From the IMG/VR virus record IMGVR_UViG_3300037473_000073, positions 1-28,035 of that record: a stretch of DNA of 28,035 nucleotides. One strand, written 5' to 3'. A model generated the notes under the pieces. The model had not been told where the DNA came from, ran no database searches, and saw nothing but the letters and a program-made list of their open reading frames with translations. Position 1 is the first letter of the stretch. Every line of letters begins with the position of its first letter. Of this stretch, positions 9,293 through 18,210 are shown piece by piece. The position numbers were made by a program, and so were the translations under genes. Origin of the DNA: a virus (Duplodnaviria; Caudoviricetes).

Positions 9293-10189
9293 ATGAAAAC
9301 CATGCTGCAACTTATCCAGGCTGCAAGTCAAGAGATGGGGATTACTAGCCCGACTCTTGTTACAGGCTCTACTGTGCAAGACACGATTCAATTAGGTGCC
9401 CTGCTTAACAGGGTGTTGGATAATTTGCAGCGTGATTACATCTGGCAGTTTCTCACTACTGAATATCGCTTTACCACGCAGTTTCTAACTGCCACAGGTA
9501 CGCTGACTAACAATAGCCCGATCATCACGGGCTTGTCGGCCACTACCGGACTGGATTCGACATATCAGGTCATCGCAACTGGCGTGAATCAAGACGTTTA
9601 CGTTTCAACTCTGGATAGCTCCACTCAGGTTACGATGACTCAAGCTGCAACAGCTTCGGGCACTGTGACAATCAATTTCTGCAAGACGAAATATGCTCTT
9701 CCTGCGGACTATGACCGTCAAAATGACCGCACACAGTGGGATAAAACGCAGCATTGGGAGATGCTCGGCCCTGAAACTGGCCAGCAATGGCAATGGCTGA
9801 AATCTGGATATATCGCAACTGGTCCGCGTATTCGCTGGCGCATTCTCGGCGGCACTTTCCAGATCTGGCCAGCTATCAGCACGCATGAATATCTAGGATT
9901 CGAATATATCAGCAACGCTCCAGTTCTAAGCAACACTGCTGTTCGAAAGCAGTATTTTACCGCTGACACTGATACATGTGCTTTCCCTGATGGCTTGATG
10001 ATTCTTGGCCTGAAGAACGAGTACTACAAGGCGAAAGGCTTTGGCGATCAGTTCAAAGATGAATTCGAAAACATGCTGAGTATAGCGAAGGCAAACGACC
10101 AGGGCAGCGCAACGCTGCAGATGGCTCCCGAGCCGTTGGATATCCTTATTGGATGGGAAAACATTCCTGACAGCAAGTACGGTCAATAA
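9293..10189 (+). CDS. head-tail adaptor (P22 gp4 / T7 gp11 position) with inserted beta domain
   Basis: AAGGA RBS; MKTMLQLIQAASQEMG N-terminal helix, W..L...Y, YALPADYDR, F..DTD...FPD.LMILGLK motifs; position before nozzle. Confidence 0.75.
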   Translation: MKTMLQLIQAASQEMGITSPTLVTGSTVQDTIQLGALLNRVLDNLQRDYIWQFLTTEYRFTTQFLTATGTLTNNSPIITGLSATTGLDSTYQVIATGVNQDVYVSTLDSSTQVTMTQAATASGTVTINFCKTKYALPADYDRQNDRTQWDKTQHWEMLGPETGQQWQWLKSGYIATGPRIRWRILGGTFQIWPAISTHEYLGFEYISNAPVLSNTAVRKQYFTADTDTCAFPDGLMILGLKNEYYKAKGFGDQFKDEFENMLSIAKANDQGSATLQMAPEPLDILIGWENIPDSKYGQ

Positions 10190-10190
10190 T

Positions 10191-13088
10191 ATGTTCATTC
10201 CAAAACAAAAGCGCCCACCAACTATTCCAGCAGCTCAGACGCTGACGCTTCCTGCGCCTGTTGGCGGTTTAAACGCGCGTGATGCATTGGCCGCGATGCC
10301 GCAAACTGATGCGGTAACTCTGGATAACTTCTTTCCAAGCACGACGAGCGTAAATTTACGGAATGGGTCATTTAAGTGGTCTACTGGGTATCCCGCTGCA
10401 GTTGAAAGCTTGATGGCATATAACGCTGGCTCTGGTTCTAAGCTTTTTGCTGCATCTGGAACGGGCATTTATGATGCAACTGTACAGGGTGCTGTAGGTG
10501 CTCCAGTCATCACTGGACTAACAAGTGCACGTTGGCAGCATGTGAACGTATCCACGCCGGGTGGGAAGTTCCTTTACGCCGTGAATGGCGAGGACAATGC
10601 CCGAATCTACAATGGCACTACTTGGCTAACACCATCAATTGTTGGCGGCCAAAGCATTACCAAGATCACTTACAACAGTTCGATTGCTCAAGTAACGACC
10701 TATGCACCTCATGGGCTATCAACAGGTTCTGCTGTTACTCTCTCCGGAGTTTCGCCTGCTGTCTATAACGGCTCTTACAAGGTCACTGTCACGGGGCCAT
10801 CGACATTCACTTACGACATTCGTGCTCAGGCTATCCTATCGCTAATCAAATCGAATGCTGTAGCGCTAGTCAATACTGGTTCCGCGCATGGCCTTTCGAA
10901 TGGCACACCTGTAACAATGTCAGGCAATACAGAAGCTCTGTATAACGGGACATTCACAATTACGGTAACTAGTCCTACGCAGTTTGGCTATAACGTCAAT
11001 CTGCCTACCGTATCGACAATCACGCGAGTAACCACAACAGCGACGCTCACAACTGCTTCGCCGCACGGGCTGTCTACAGGCAATTCTGTAACAGTAAGCG
11101 GCGCTGCCCCTGCACTGTTCAATGGCACGTTCACCATTACGGTCACCAGCCCTACACAGTTCACCTATACGATGGGGGGAACCCCTGCGTCCGATGCAAC
11201 TACACCGGGTAGTTATGTCGTAAACATCGTCACGACTAGTATTACCCGTGTTGGCACGCTGGCCACGCTTACCACATCTACGCCCCATAACCTTGTCACA
11301 GGAAATACCGTACTTGTTTCAGGCGCTACCCCGGCCGATTTCAACGGAACGTATGTTGTGACGGTTTTGAATCCGACACAGTACACCTACACCATGAGCA
11401 CCACACCAGCATCAAATGCTACGGTCGTTGGCACTCAGGGGCGCGTTTTGTCGGCTAATGCGACTACCATTGGCGACTATGCGCTATTTCAGCGCACTGT
11501 AAGCATTTCGAATCTCACGACTACTGCCGTGCTGGTCTCTCAGTGGCCACATAACCTGAATACTGGTGATTCCATCGAAGTTACTGGGGCAACGCCTGCC
11601 GCTTATAACGGGCAGTTCTCTGTGACAGTCGCGGACGCATTCACGCTCAACTATACGATGCTGTCTGACCCTGGTGGTGTAGCAACAGTAGTTGGCACAT
11701 TTGCCGAAATACCACCAGGTGATGCAACGGTTCTAGGCTCATATACAGTGTTGCAGCGTATTGTGAGTATGACCAATGTTGGCACTACGGCGACTGTCAC
11801 AACTTTATTCCCGCATGGTCTTCAGGCAGGTAATCAAGTGACCATATTTGGCTCTGTCCCTGTGGCATATAACGGAACTTTCCTTGTTACGCCAACCGGG
11901 CCAACCACGTTCACTTATACCATGGCTTCAACGCCAGTCGGGAGTGCAACTACACAAGGCACTATGGTCATTTCGCCAGCCTTGGTAGGAATAGACCCGA
12001 CAAAGGCCATCCAACTTACTTTGTACGCGAATCGCATCTTCTTCGTGGAGCAGGATTCTTTGGTGGCGTGGTATCTACCTGCTAATGCTATCGGCGGGAC
12101 GGCATTGCAGTTTGATCTTGGTCCACTGATGACTTTGGGTGGATCGCTGCAGGTAATAGCGACATGGACTGTAGACAATGCTGCCGGGGTACAGGAATAT
12201 ATTTGCTTTGTCTCGACCGAGGGTGAAGTGCTAATGTACACCGGTAACGATCCGGCCAATGCAAATTCGTGGGCAAAGGCGGGACATTTCTATGTTGGCC
12301 GACCTGTGGGTCGTAGGTGCATTGCTCGGTGGGGATCAGATATGATAATTATAACCACAGATGGCTTTATCCCACTTTCAAAAGCATTACTCACTGATCG
12401 TTCTCAACTTACTACTGCAATTAGCGATAAGATTTCTAACCTGGTAAGTTATGACACGGGAGCATATTTCAATAATTTTGGATGGCAAGCTATTTTTTAT
12501 CCTGCCGGTGACAAGATGGTTGTTAATATCCCGCAGATAACAAATACTATGCAATATCAGTATGTCATGAATACTATTACTGGTGCATGGTGCAGATTTA
12601 CAGGTTGGAATTCTAATGTTTTTGAAGTTATGGGGAATGATCTGTATTTTGGATCAGATATACTCAATGGCTTTGCTTACGTTTCTAAAGCTGATACGGG
12701 GTTTTCTGATGACGGAGCTTACATATTTGGCGAGGCAAAGACAGCTTTCCAATATTTTGGGTATCCAGGACGACAAAAGCATATTTCGATGGCGCAGCCG
12801 ATTTTCAATGTGACAGGTGATCTTACCGCCACACTTGGGATAGATATGGATTTCACAGACTCATATCCAGCTGCGCAACCTTCATTCACAGGTAGCGGGG
12901 GAACTTTATGGAATACAGCGCTATGGAATACCTTCCCTTGGAGCCCTGGCGTAAGCACAAAAACTGATTGGCAAGGCCTCACGGGTGTTGGTGATGCTGG
13001 GGCTTTGCACATGAGAATCGTAAATAACAGAAGTCTTACATCATGGCAGGCTGTAACATATGTCTTTAGATTGGGCGGGGTGCTGTGA
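10191..13088 (+). CDS. tail nozzle / DNA stabilisation protein (P22 gp10 / T7 gp12-like) with six inserted repeats
   Basis: Start ATG 10191 just after upstream stop; LPAPVGGLNARD...DAVTLDNFFP N-terminus; propeller-like RIFFVEQDSLVAWYLP, TGAWCRFTGW; LWNTALWN near the C-terminus. Confidence 0.8.
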   Translation: MFIPKQKRPPTIPAAQTLTLPAPVGGLNARDALAAMPQTDAVTLDNFFPSTTSVNLRNGSFKWSTGYPAAVESLMAYNAGSGSKLFAASGTGIYDATVQGAVGAPVITGLTSARWQHVNVSTPGGKFLYAVNGEDNARIYNGTTWLTPSIVGGQSITKITYNSSIAQVTTYAPHGLSTGSAVTLSGVSPAVYNGSYKVTVTGPSTFTYDIRAQAILSLIKSNAVALVNTGSAHGLSNGTPVTMSGNTEALYNGTFTITVTSPTQFGYNVNLPTVSTITRVTTTATLTTASPHGLSTGNSVTVSGAAPALFNGTFTITVTSPTQFTYTMGGTPASDATTPGSYVVNIVTTSITRVGTLATLTTSTPHNLVTGNTVLVSGATPADFNGTYVVTVLNPTQYTYTMSTTPASNATVVGTQGRVLSANATTIGDYALFQRTVSISNLTTTAVLVSQWPHNLNTGDSIEVTGATPAAYNGQFSVTVADAFTLNYTMLSDPGGVATVVGTFAEIPPGDATVLGSYTVLQRIVSMTNVGTTATVTTLFPHGLQAGNQVTIFGSVPVAYNGTFLVTPTGPTTFTYTMASTPVGSATTQGTMVISPALVGIDPTKAIQLTLYANRIFFVEQDSLVAWYLPANAIGGTALQFDLGPLMTLGGSLQVIATWTVDNAAGVQEYICFVSTEGEVLMYTGNDPANANSWAKAGHFYVGRPVGRRCIARWGSDMIIITTDGFIPLSKALLTDRSQLTTAISDKISNLVSYDTGAYFNNFGWQAIFYPAGDKMVVNIPQITNTMQYQYVMNTITGAWCRFTGWNSNVFEVMGNDLYFGSDILNGFAYVSKADTGFSDDGAYIFGEAKTAFQYFGYPGRQKHISMAQPIFNVTGDLTATLGIDMDFTDSYPAAQPSFTGSGGTLWNTALWNTFPWSPGVSTKTDWQGLTGVGDAGALHMRIVNNRSLTSWQAVTYVFRLGGVL
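10656..11978 (+). repeat. six imperfect ~55-75 aa coding repeats (TT..PHGL.TG..V.VSG..P..YNGTF.VTV..PT.FTY), resembling FCCH-like beta domains of phage proteins
   Basis: Units centred on APHGLSTG, SAHGLSNG, SPHGLSTG, TPHNLVTG, WPHNLNTG, FPHGLQAG. Confidence 0.9.
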
Positions 13089-13528
13089 ATATATTCATTG
13101 CAAAAGACCCTCAAATGCACCAATCAATTGCTGATTGGGTTGCTACTCGAATTGCCCATGTAGATGCATTTGAGAAAATGACGACTATTGGAGTCACATC
13201 CGACGCAGGTGTACCGATGGGAGCTGTCGTATATCACGACTACCGAGATGCAGACATCCAGATGTCATGTGCAGCAGATAATGCCAACTGGTTGAGCAAG
13301 TCTGTTCTGTCGGCGATCTTTGCCTATCCATTCACACAACTTAATTGCGCTAGAGTGACAGCATTGACTCCTTCGAGAAATATCCATACTAGGAAATTTT
13401 TGGAACGGTTGGGGTTCGTACAAGAGGGTTTGATGCGTCAAGGCTTTATAGACGACGATTGCGTCATTTATGGAATGCTTCGGACCGAATGCAAATGGAT
13501 TGAAGGAGAATATTGTGGGAAAAAGTAA
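13085..13528 (+). CDS. GNAT-fold (RimJ/RimL-like) protein at the T7 gp13 / P22 gp14 position
   Basis: GTGA overlap start; IFAYPFTQLNCARV...N..TRKFLERLGFVQEGLMRQ...YGML GNAT motifs. Confidence 0.88.
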   Translation: MNIFIAKDPQMHQSIADWVATRIAHVDAFEKMTTIGVTSDAGVPMGAVVYHDYRDADIQMSCAADNANWLSKSVLSAIFAYPFTQLNCARVTALTPSRNIHTRKFLERLGFVQEGLMRQGFIDDDCVIYGMLRTECKWIEGEYCGKK

Positions 13529-14672
13529 ACCAAAAGCCCCAGCAGCACCGGACCCTAATGTTGTTGCTGCCGCACAGACTCAGCAGAATAAAGGCACGGC
13601 TATTTACAATGCTGCACTAAATAGAATCGACCAAGTTACTCCCTGGGGGAGCTTAACGTATACGCAAAATGGCGTGGATGCTAATGGCATTCCAAAATAT
13701 ACGCAAAACATCAATCTGTCTCCTGAACAGCAGAAGTTGCTTGAGTCTGATAACAAAATCAGTCAGGCGCTGTCCAATCTTGGTTTAAGTCAGCTTGGAT
13801 CTGTATCAGAAAAGCTAGGTCAGCAATTTAATTATAATGGCGCACCCGCGCAAGTTAATGGAGTTGATAAATCTAACTTTATCAATGGTGTCGGTTACGG
13901 GAAAATACAAAATGACGTCGATACCAGTAAAGTTCCAGACCTGATTGGTGGTGCTGATCTGGTAAAAGACCTGCAAACGCAGAGAGATGCGCTATACAAT
14001 CAACAAACTGCTTTCCTAGACCCGCAATGGAAGCAAGATCAATCAGATCTTGAGAATAAGCTAATCTCACAAGGTATTACTCAGAATTCAGACGCATGGA
14101 ATAGGGCAACAGGTGACTTCAGTCGGAATCGAGAATTTGCCTATAATAACGCCCGCAACAGTGCGATTACTGGTGGTGGTGCTGAGCAATCCAGGTTATT
14201 TAACATAGGTCTTGCATCCAATCAAAATGCATACAATCAGGCATTGCAAAATGCTCAATTCCATAACCAAGCCCAAGCGCAAGGTTTTGGGCAAGCGTTC
14301 AATAACGCACAATTGAACAATTCAAACCAAAATACTTTGTTCAATCAAGGTGTTACCAATGCCAACCTTCAAAATCAGGGTCGTAATCAGTACATCAATG
14401 AGCAAAACTATTTGCGCCAACAACCATTGAATGAACTGAATGCACTTCGTTCCGGTTCGCAGGTGACATCTCCGCAGTTCTCGGGCGTGCCTCAGGCATT
14501 AGTCGGGAACACAGATATTGCGAGCCTCTACAATAACCAGTATCAAGGTCAACTAGCGAACTATAATGCTCAACAGGCTGGGAATAATGCTCTGACCAGT
14601 GGACTTTTCGGGCTTGGTTCAGCATTCCTTGGTGCTCCTGCTGGCGGTGTTTTGGGCAAACTATTTGGATAA
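13515..14672 (+). CDS. DNA ejection / internal virion protein 1
   Basis: GTG start after AAGGAG RBS; GKSKPKAPAAPDP N-terminus, QVTPWGSLTY, Gln/Asn-rich body, Gly-rich hydrophobic C-terminus. Confidence 0.8.
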   Translation: MGKSKPKAPAAPDPNVVAAAQTQQNKGTAIYNAALNRIDQVTPWGSLTYTQNGVDANGIPKYTQNINLSPEQQKLLESDNKISQALSNLGLSQLGSVSEKLGQQFNYNGAPAQVNGVDKSNFINGVGYGKIQNDVDTSKVPDLIGGADLVKDLQTQRDALYNQQTAFLDPQWKQDQSDLENKLISQGITQNSDAWNRATGDFSRNREFAYNNARNSAITGGGAEQSRLFNIGLASNQNAYNQALQNAQFHNQAQAQGFGQAFNNAQLNNSNQNTLFNQGVTNANLQNQGRNQYINEQNYLRQQPLNELNALRSGSQVTSPQFSGVPQALVGNTDIASLYNNQYQGQLANYNAQQAGNNALTSGLFGLGSAFLGAPAGGVLGKLFG

Positions 14673-14675
14673 GCT

Positions 14676-16247
14676 ATGGCAACCATTAAACCAAATACTA
14701 TTTCATTCGGGCCATCGCAGCAGGACTTGCAAGCTGAGCAAATTGATCTGCAACGGCGGCAGCAGATTGCCGATGCGTTACGTGCTCAATCTTTGACACC
14801 AATCGAATCACAAATTGTGTCAGGACGTGTTATCCCTACAAGTCCATGGCTGGGAGCTATCAAACTGGCGCAGGCAGCCTTGGCAAATAGCAGCCAAAAG
14901 CAGAACGCATCTGACGAAGCAGCATTAGGTAAGGCTTCTGCGGAACGCCAGGCTGCGGCATTGCGTGCATTAGCCCCTGCTGGTACTTTCGATCAGCCTG
15001 TAGATTATGGTCAAGGTATCACAAGCGAAAACATAGAAGGGAAACCACCAGTTGACCAAGCTACACGCGACCGATGGGCGAAAATCCTTGCTGCTAGTCA
15101 GGTTGACCCTCAACTTGGCAGAAAACTGCTAGAGGGAGAACTTGCGCCGACTGAGGAACAGCGGAACCTTCTGGCGCAAGGGATTGACCCACAAGCATAT
15201 GGTAAAGCGCGTCTAGCCAAAGAACAGGCTGGCGGCGTTACCAACGTGGCAGCAGGAACAAGCGTGTTCAACCCAAGTACCGGTCAATTCGTCGCGGCTG
15301 CTCCCGATTTCGGTTCCGGTATCCAAGGTGGCTTCGGCCCTAACGGTCAGGCACAAATCAATCGTATTCAAGGATCTGAGATCATTCCGCAAATGGCCGG
15401 TGAGAAAGCACGCCAAGAAGCGGCAGGGCGTGCAGGTTACAACACAATCACGATTAATACACCGAACGGGCCTGTTCTTCTTACGGAAGAGCAGGCGGCA
15501 CGCATGGCAGGCGGTGGACAGCCACAGCAAGCGAATGCTCCCGTGAACTTCACCGCTTCCAACGGCGTCGCTATCAACATGGCCGGCCGTACCCCTCAGC
15601 AGATCATTCAAGCGGCACAGGCTAGCGGCGATCCACAAGTCATACAGGCGGTAGGGGAGTGGATGCGCAGCGGCGGCCAACAGCCTCAAAGCATGCCAGG
15701 CATTCCTCTTATGTCGAAAGCGCAGGAGGTTGCACAAGTTGGGCAAGCAGAAAATGCGGTTGCTCTGGCTCGGGATCTGGCGAAAAATGCGCAGTCGCCC
15801 GAAGCCCAGCAGAAGATTTCGGATGCACAAGGGGTTATCGGTCTTCTGGATGAGGCGTCACCTTACATTGGCAGCGCAACAGGCAGCACCGTTGGAAATA
15901 TCAGGGATGCCGCACTAGGTATCGTCGGGCGTAGCACTTCTGCCGGCCAGGATGCGGCAAGGCTTGCTGCAATTGGCGGCCAATTGGTCGCGAAGCAGCC
16001 AAAAATGTCTGGGCCTCAGTCTGATAAAGACGTTCAGCTTTACCGAGAGATGGCCGGCCGTATCGGTGACCCTACTGTGCCGCCAGAGGTTAAGCAAGCT
16101 GCTGCTGACACTATCCGAAAGCTCAATGAGAAATACCTCCAACAGAATCAAGGAGGTATGGCAGCAGGTGCTTTGCAAAAGACACGTGGTGGCTCTAAGA
16201 CGACAACCTTGGATGACCTGCTGAACAAATACGGTGGAGGCCGATAA
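14676..16247 (+). CDS. DNA ejection / internal virion protein 2
   Basis: 523 aa Gln/Ala/Gly-rich; LQRRQQIADAL N-terminus and MSGPQSDKDVQLY C-terminal motif; position. Confidence 0.75.
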   Translation: MATIKPNTISFGPSQQDLQAEQIDLQRRQQIADALRAQSLTPIESQIVSGRVIPTSPWLGAIKLAQAALANSSQKQNASDEAALGKASAERQAAALRALAPAGTFDQPVDYGQGITSENIEGKPPVDQATRDRWAKILAASQVDPQLGRKLLEGELAPTEEQRNLLAQGIDPQAYGKARLAKEQAGGVTNVAAGTSVFNPSTGQFVAAAPDFGSGIQGGFGPNGQAQINRIQGSEIIPQMAGEKARQEAAGRAGYNTITINTPNGPVLLTEEQAARMAGGGQPQQANAPVNFTASNGVAINMAGRTPQQIIQAAQASGDPQVIQAVGEWMRSGGQQPQSMPGIPLMSKAQEVAQVGQAENAVALARDLAKNAQSPEAQQKISDAQGVIGLLDEASPYIGSATGSTVGNIRDAALGIVGRSTSAGQDAARLAAIGGQLVAKQPKMSGPQSDKDVQLYREMAGRIGDPTVPPEVKQAAADTIRKLNEKYLQQNQGGMAAGALQKTRGGSKTTTLDDLLNKYGGGR

Positions 16248-18028
16248 TGCCGACCATGGCTCAACTCGAAACAGCACTGCGCAATGCTGATGCTGCTGGC
16301 GATACAGAAGCTGCTCAAATGCTGGCAGCGGAGATTCGACGCACGCGAACTGCTGCGCCTGCGCAATCAAAGCCAATTGACCCGACAGAAGGCATGAATT
16401 GGGGTCAACTTGCGTTGGCTGGGGCTGGGAAGGCATTTGTTGATCTAGGAAGAGGTGCAGGGCAACTCGCTAGGGAAGTATTGCCAGAGACAACCTCAAA
16501 TGCGTTAGGACTTCCTACAAAAGCTGATATCGAAGAATCGCGCCGACTGGATGCTCCACTTATGCGTACAGGCGGCGGTATTACCGGCAATGTAGGTGGT
16601 TCTATTGCTGCAGCACTACCTACGGCCTTTATCCCTGGCGCAAACACCATCGGCGGTGCTGCGTTGCTGGGCGCTGCACAAGGCGCGTTACAGCCTGTCG
16701 GAGAGAAAGACAGCCGCTTGCAAAACATCGGTACAGGGGCTGCTTTTGGGGCTGCTGTCCCTGCGGCTGTCAAAACCGCTAAGGTAGCCAAGGCGGCATT
16801 GATTGATCCAATTACGGAAGCAGGACAACGCAAGATCGTGGCTAGCGCTTTGCGCCGCGCAGCTAGCAATCCAGATCAAGCCGCGCAGAATCTGGCTACG
16901 CGAACCGCTGCTACACCAGGCTTTGAGGCTACTGCCGGGCAACTGGCTGACGATGCCGGCATTGCATCATTGGAGCGTGCAGCACGTGCGATTCAGCCTG
17001 CCGAGTTCGGGCAGATCGACACTTCGCAACAGGCGGCATTGGTCAATGCATTGCGCGGGGTTGCTGGTACTCCAGAACAGCGTGCAGCAGCAGTAGCGGC
17101 AAGAGATTCCGCAACGAACTCGCTTTATGCAAAAGCAAAGGATGCATCTATCCCTGTGGATGACGCTCTAGGCGCTTTGATGCAGCGCCCTTCCATGCAG
17201 GCAGCAGTTAGCGATGCGCGACAACTGGCAGCAGAACGAGGGCAGCAATTGGCACAAGTTGATGGCCCTCCATCACTGACGGGCGAGAATCTGCATGATA
17301 TCAAGTTGAGCCTGGACACGCTCTTCCAAGATCCGACCAAGGGGATTGTTGGCGCTAAGCGTAATGCTGCTGATGCGACGCGGCGAGAGTTCCTTGACCT
17401 GCTTGACCAGCGAATCCCGGAATATGGAGAGGCGCGTCGCACTTTTGCCGAAATGAGCCAGCCGATCAACCAACAGGATATTGGGCAGGAACTCTATAAC
17501 CGCTTTGTGCCAGCCCTGGCAGATTCTGGAACTGTACCATTCAAATCTCGTGCTGACGCATTGGCGCAAGCGCTGCGGAATGGCGATCAACTGGCACAAA
17601 ACGTAACCGGCATGAAGACGGCGAAGCTTGACAGCATTATGAGTCCAGACCAGATGGCGACTCTGCAAGGCGTTGTTTCTGATGCGGGAATGCGTGCTGC
17701 GGCCCAAAATGCCGGACGCGGTGTTGGCTCTGACACTGTTCAAAAGTTGGCAATGTCGAATCTGATTAACGAGGCAGGACTTCCAAGCTGGATTGGCTCT
17801 GTAGCGCGTGTACCAGGAGGATACATGAAGGCTATCGGCAACGTCCTTTATGGGCAGAGTGATGATGCGATGCGCACTTTGCTTGCCGATACCCTGCGCG
17901 ATCCAAAGAAAGCCGCAGAAGCGCTAAAAAATGCAGGAGTACCGCCAAGCAAAGCGGCCGAGGTATTGAGGACACTAGGCCAAGGTTCAGCGTTTGCGGT
18001 TCCAGCACTGATCCAAGGGCAGCAGTAA
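16247..18028 (+). CDS. DNA ejection / internal virion protein 3
   Basis: GGAGG RBS, TAATG coupling; ALRNADAAGDTEAAQMLA start, Gly/Ala-rich hydrophobic segment, GSDTVQKL motif. Confidence 0.75.
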   Translation: MPTMAQLETALRNADAAGDTEAAQMLAAEIRRTRTAAPAQSKPIDPTEGMNWGQLALAGAGKAFVDLGRGAGQLAREVLPETTSNALGLPTKADIEESRRLDAPLMRTGGGITGNVGGSIAAALPTAFIPGANTIGGAALLGAAQGALQPVGEKDSRLQNIGTGAAFGAAVPAAVKTAKVAKAALIDPITEAGQRKIVASALRRAASNPDQAAQNLATRTAATPGFEATAGQLADDAGIASLERAARAIQPAEFGQIDTSQQAALVNALRGVAGTPEQRAAAVAARDSATNSLYAKAKDASIPVDDALGALMQRPSMQAAVSDARQLAAERGQQLAQVDGPPSLTGENLHDIKLSLDTLFQDPTKGIVGAKRNAADATRREFLDLLDQRIPEYGEARRTFAEMSQPINQQDIGQELYNRFVPALADSGTVPFKSRADALAQALRNGDQLAQNVTGMKTAKLDSIMSPDQMATLQGVVSDAGMRAAAQNAGRGVGSDTVQKLAMSNLINEAGLPSWIGSVARVPGGYMKAIGNVLYGQSDDAMRTLLADTLRDPKKAAEALKNAGVPPSKAAEVLRTLGQGSAFAVPALIQGQQ

Positions 18029-18154
18029 GAGAGATTTCAGACGAGATTGAGGCATATAGCGCTGCACTAAGAATCGTCCTGGCAGGGCTATAAATCCCAA
18101 AACAAACAACGCCAAAAATGGGCGAACAATTAAAGCAATAAGCCAAGGTTCCAT
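17987..18154 (-). CDS. small antisense membrane protein, 55 aa
   Basis: MEPWLIALIVRPFLALFVLGFIALPGRFLVQRYMPQSRLKSLLL; fills the gap between ejection gene and tail fibre; no clear SD. Confidence 0.55.
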   Translation of the reverse strand: MEPWLIALIVRPFLALFVLGFIALPGRFLVQRYMPQSRLKSLLLLPLDQCWNRKR

Positions 18155-18210
18155 GAGTTGTATTTTGGAATTACAATGTCGGTAGTTTAGCAAAGAAAGC
18201 GAGATTTACC

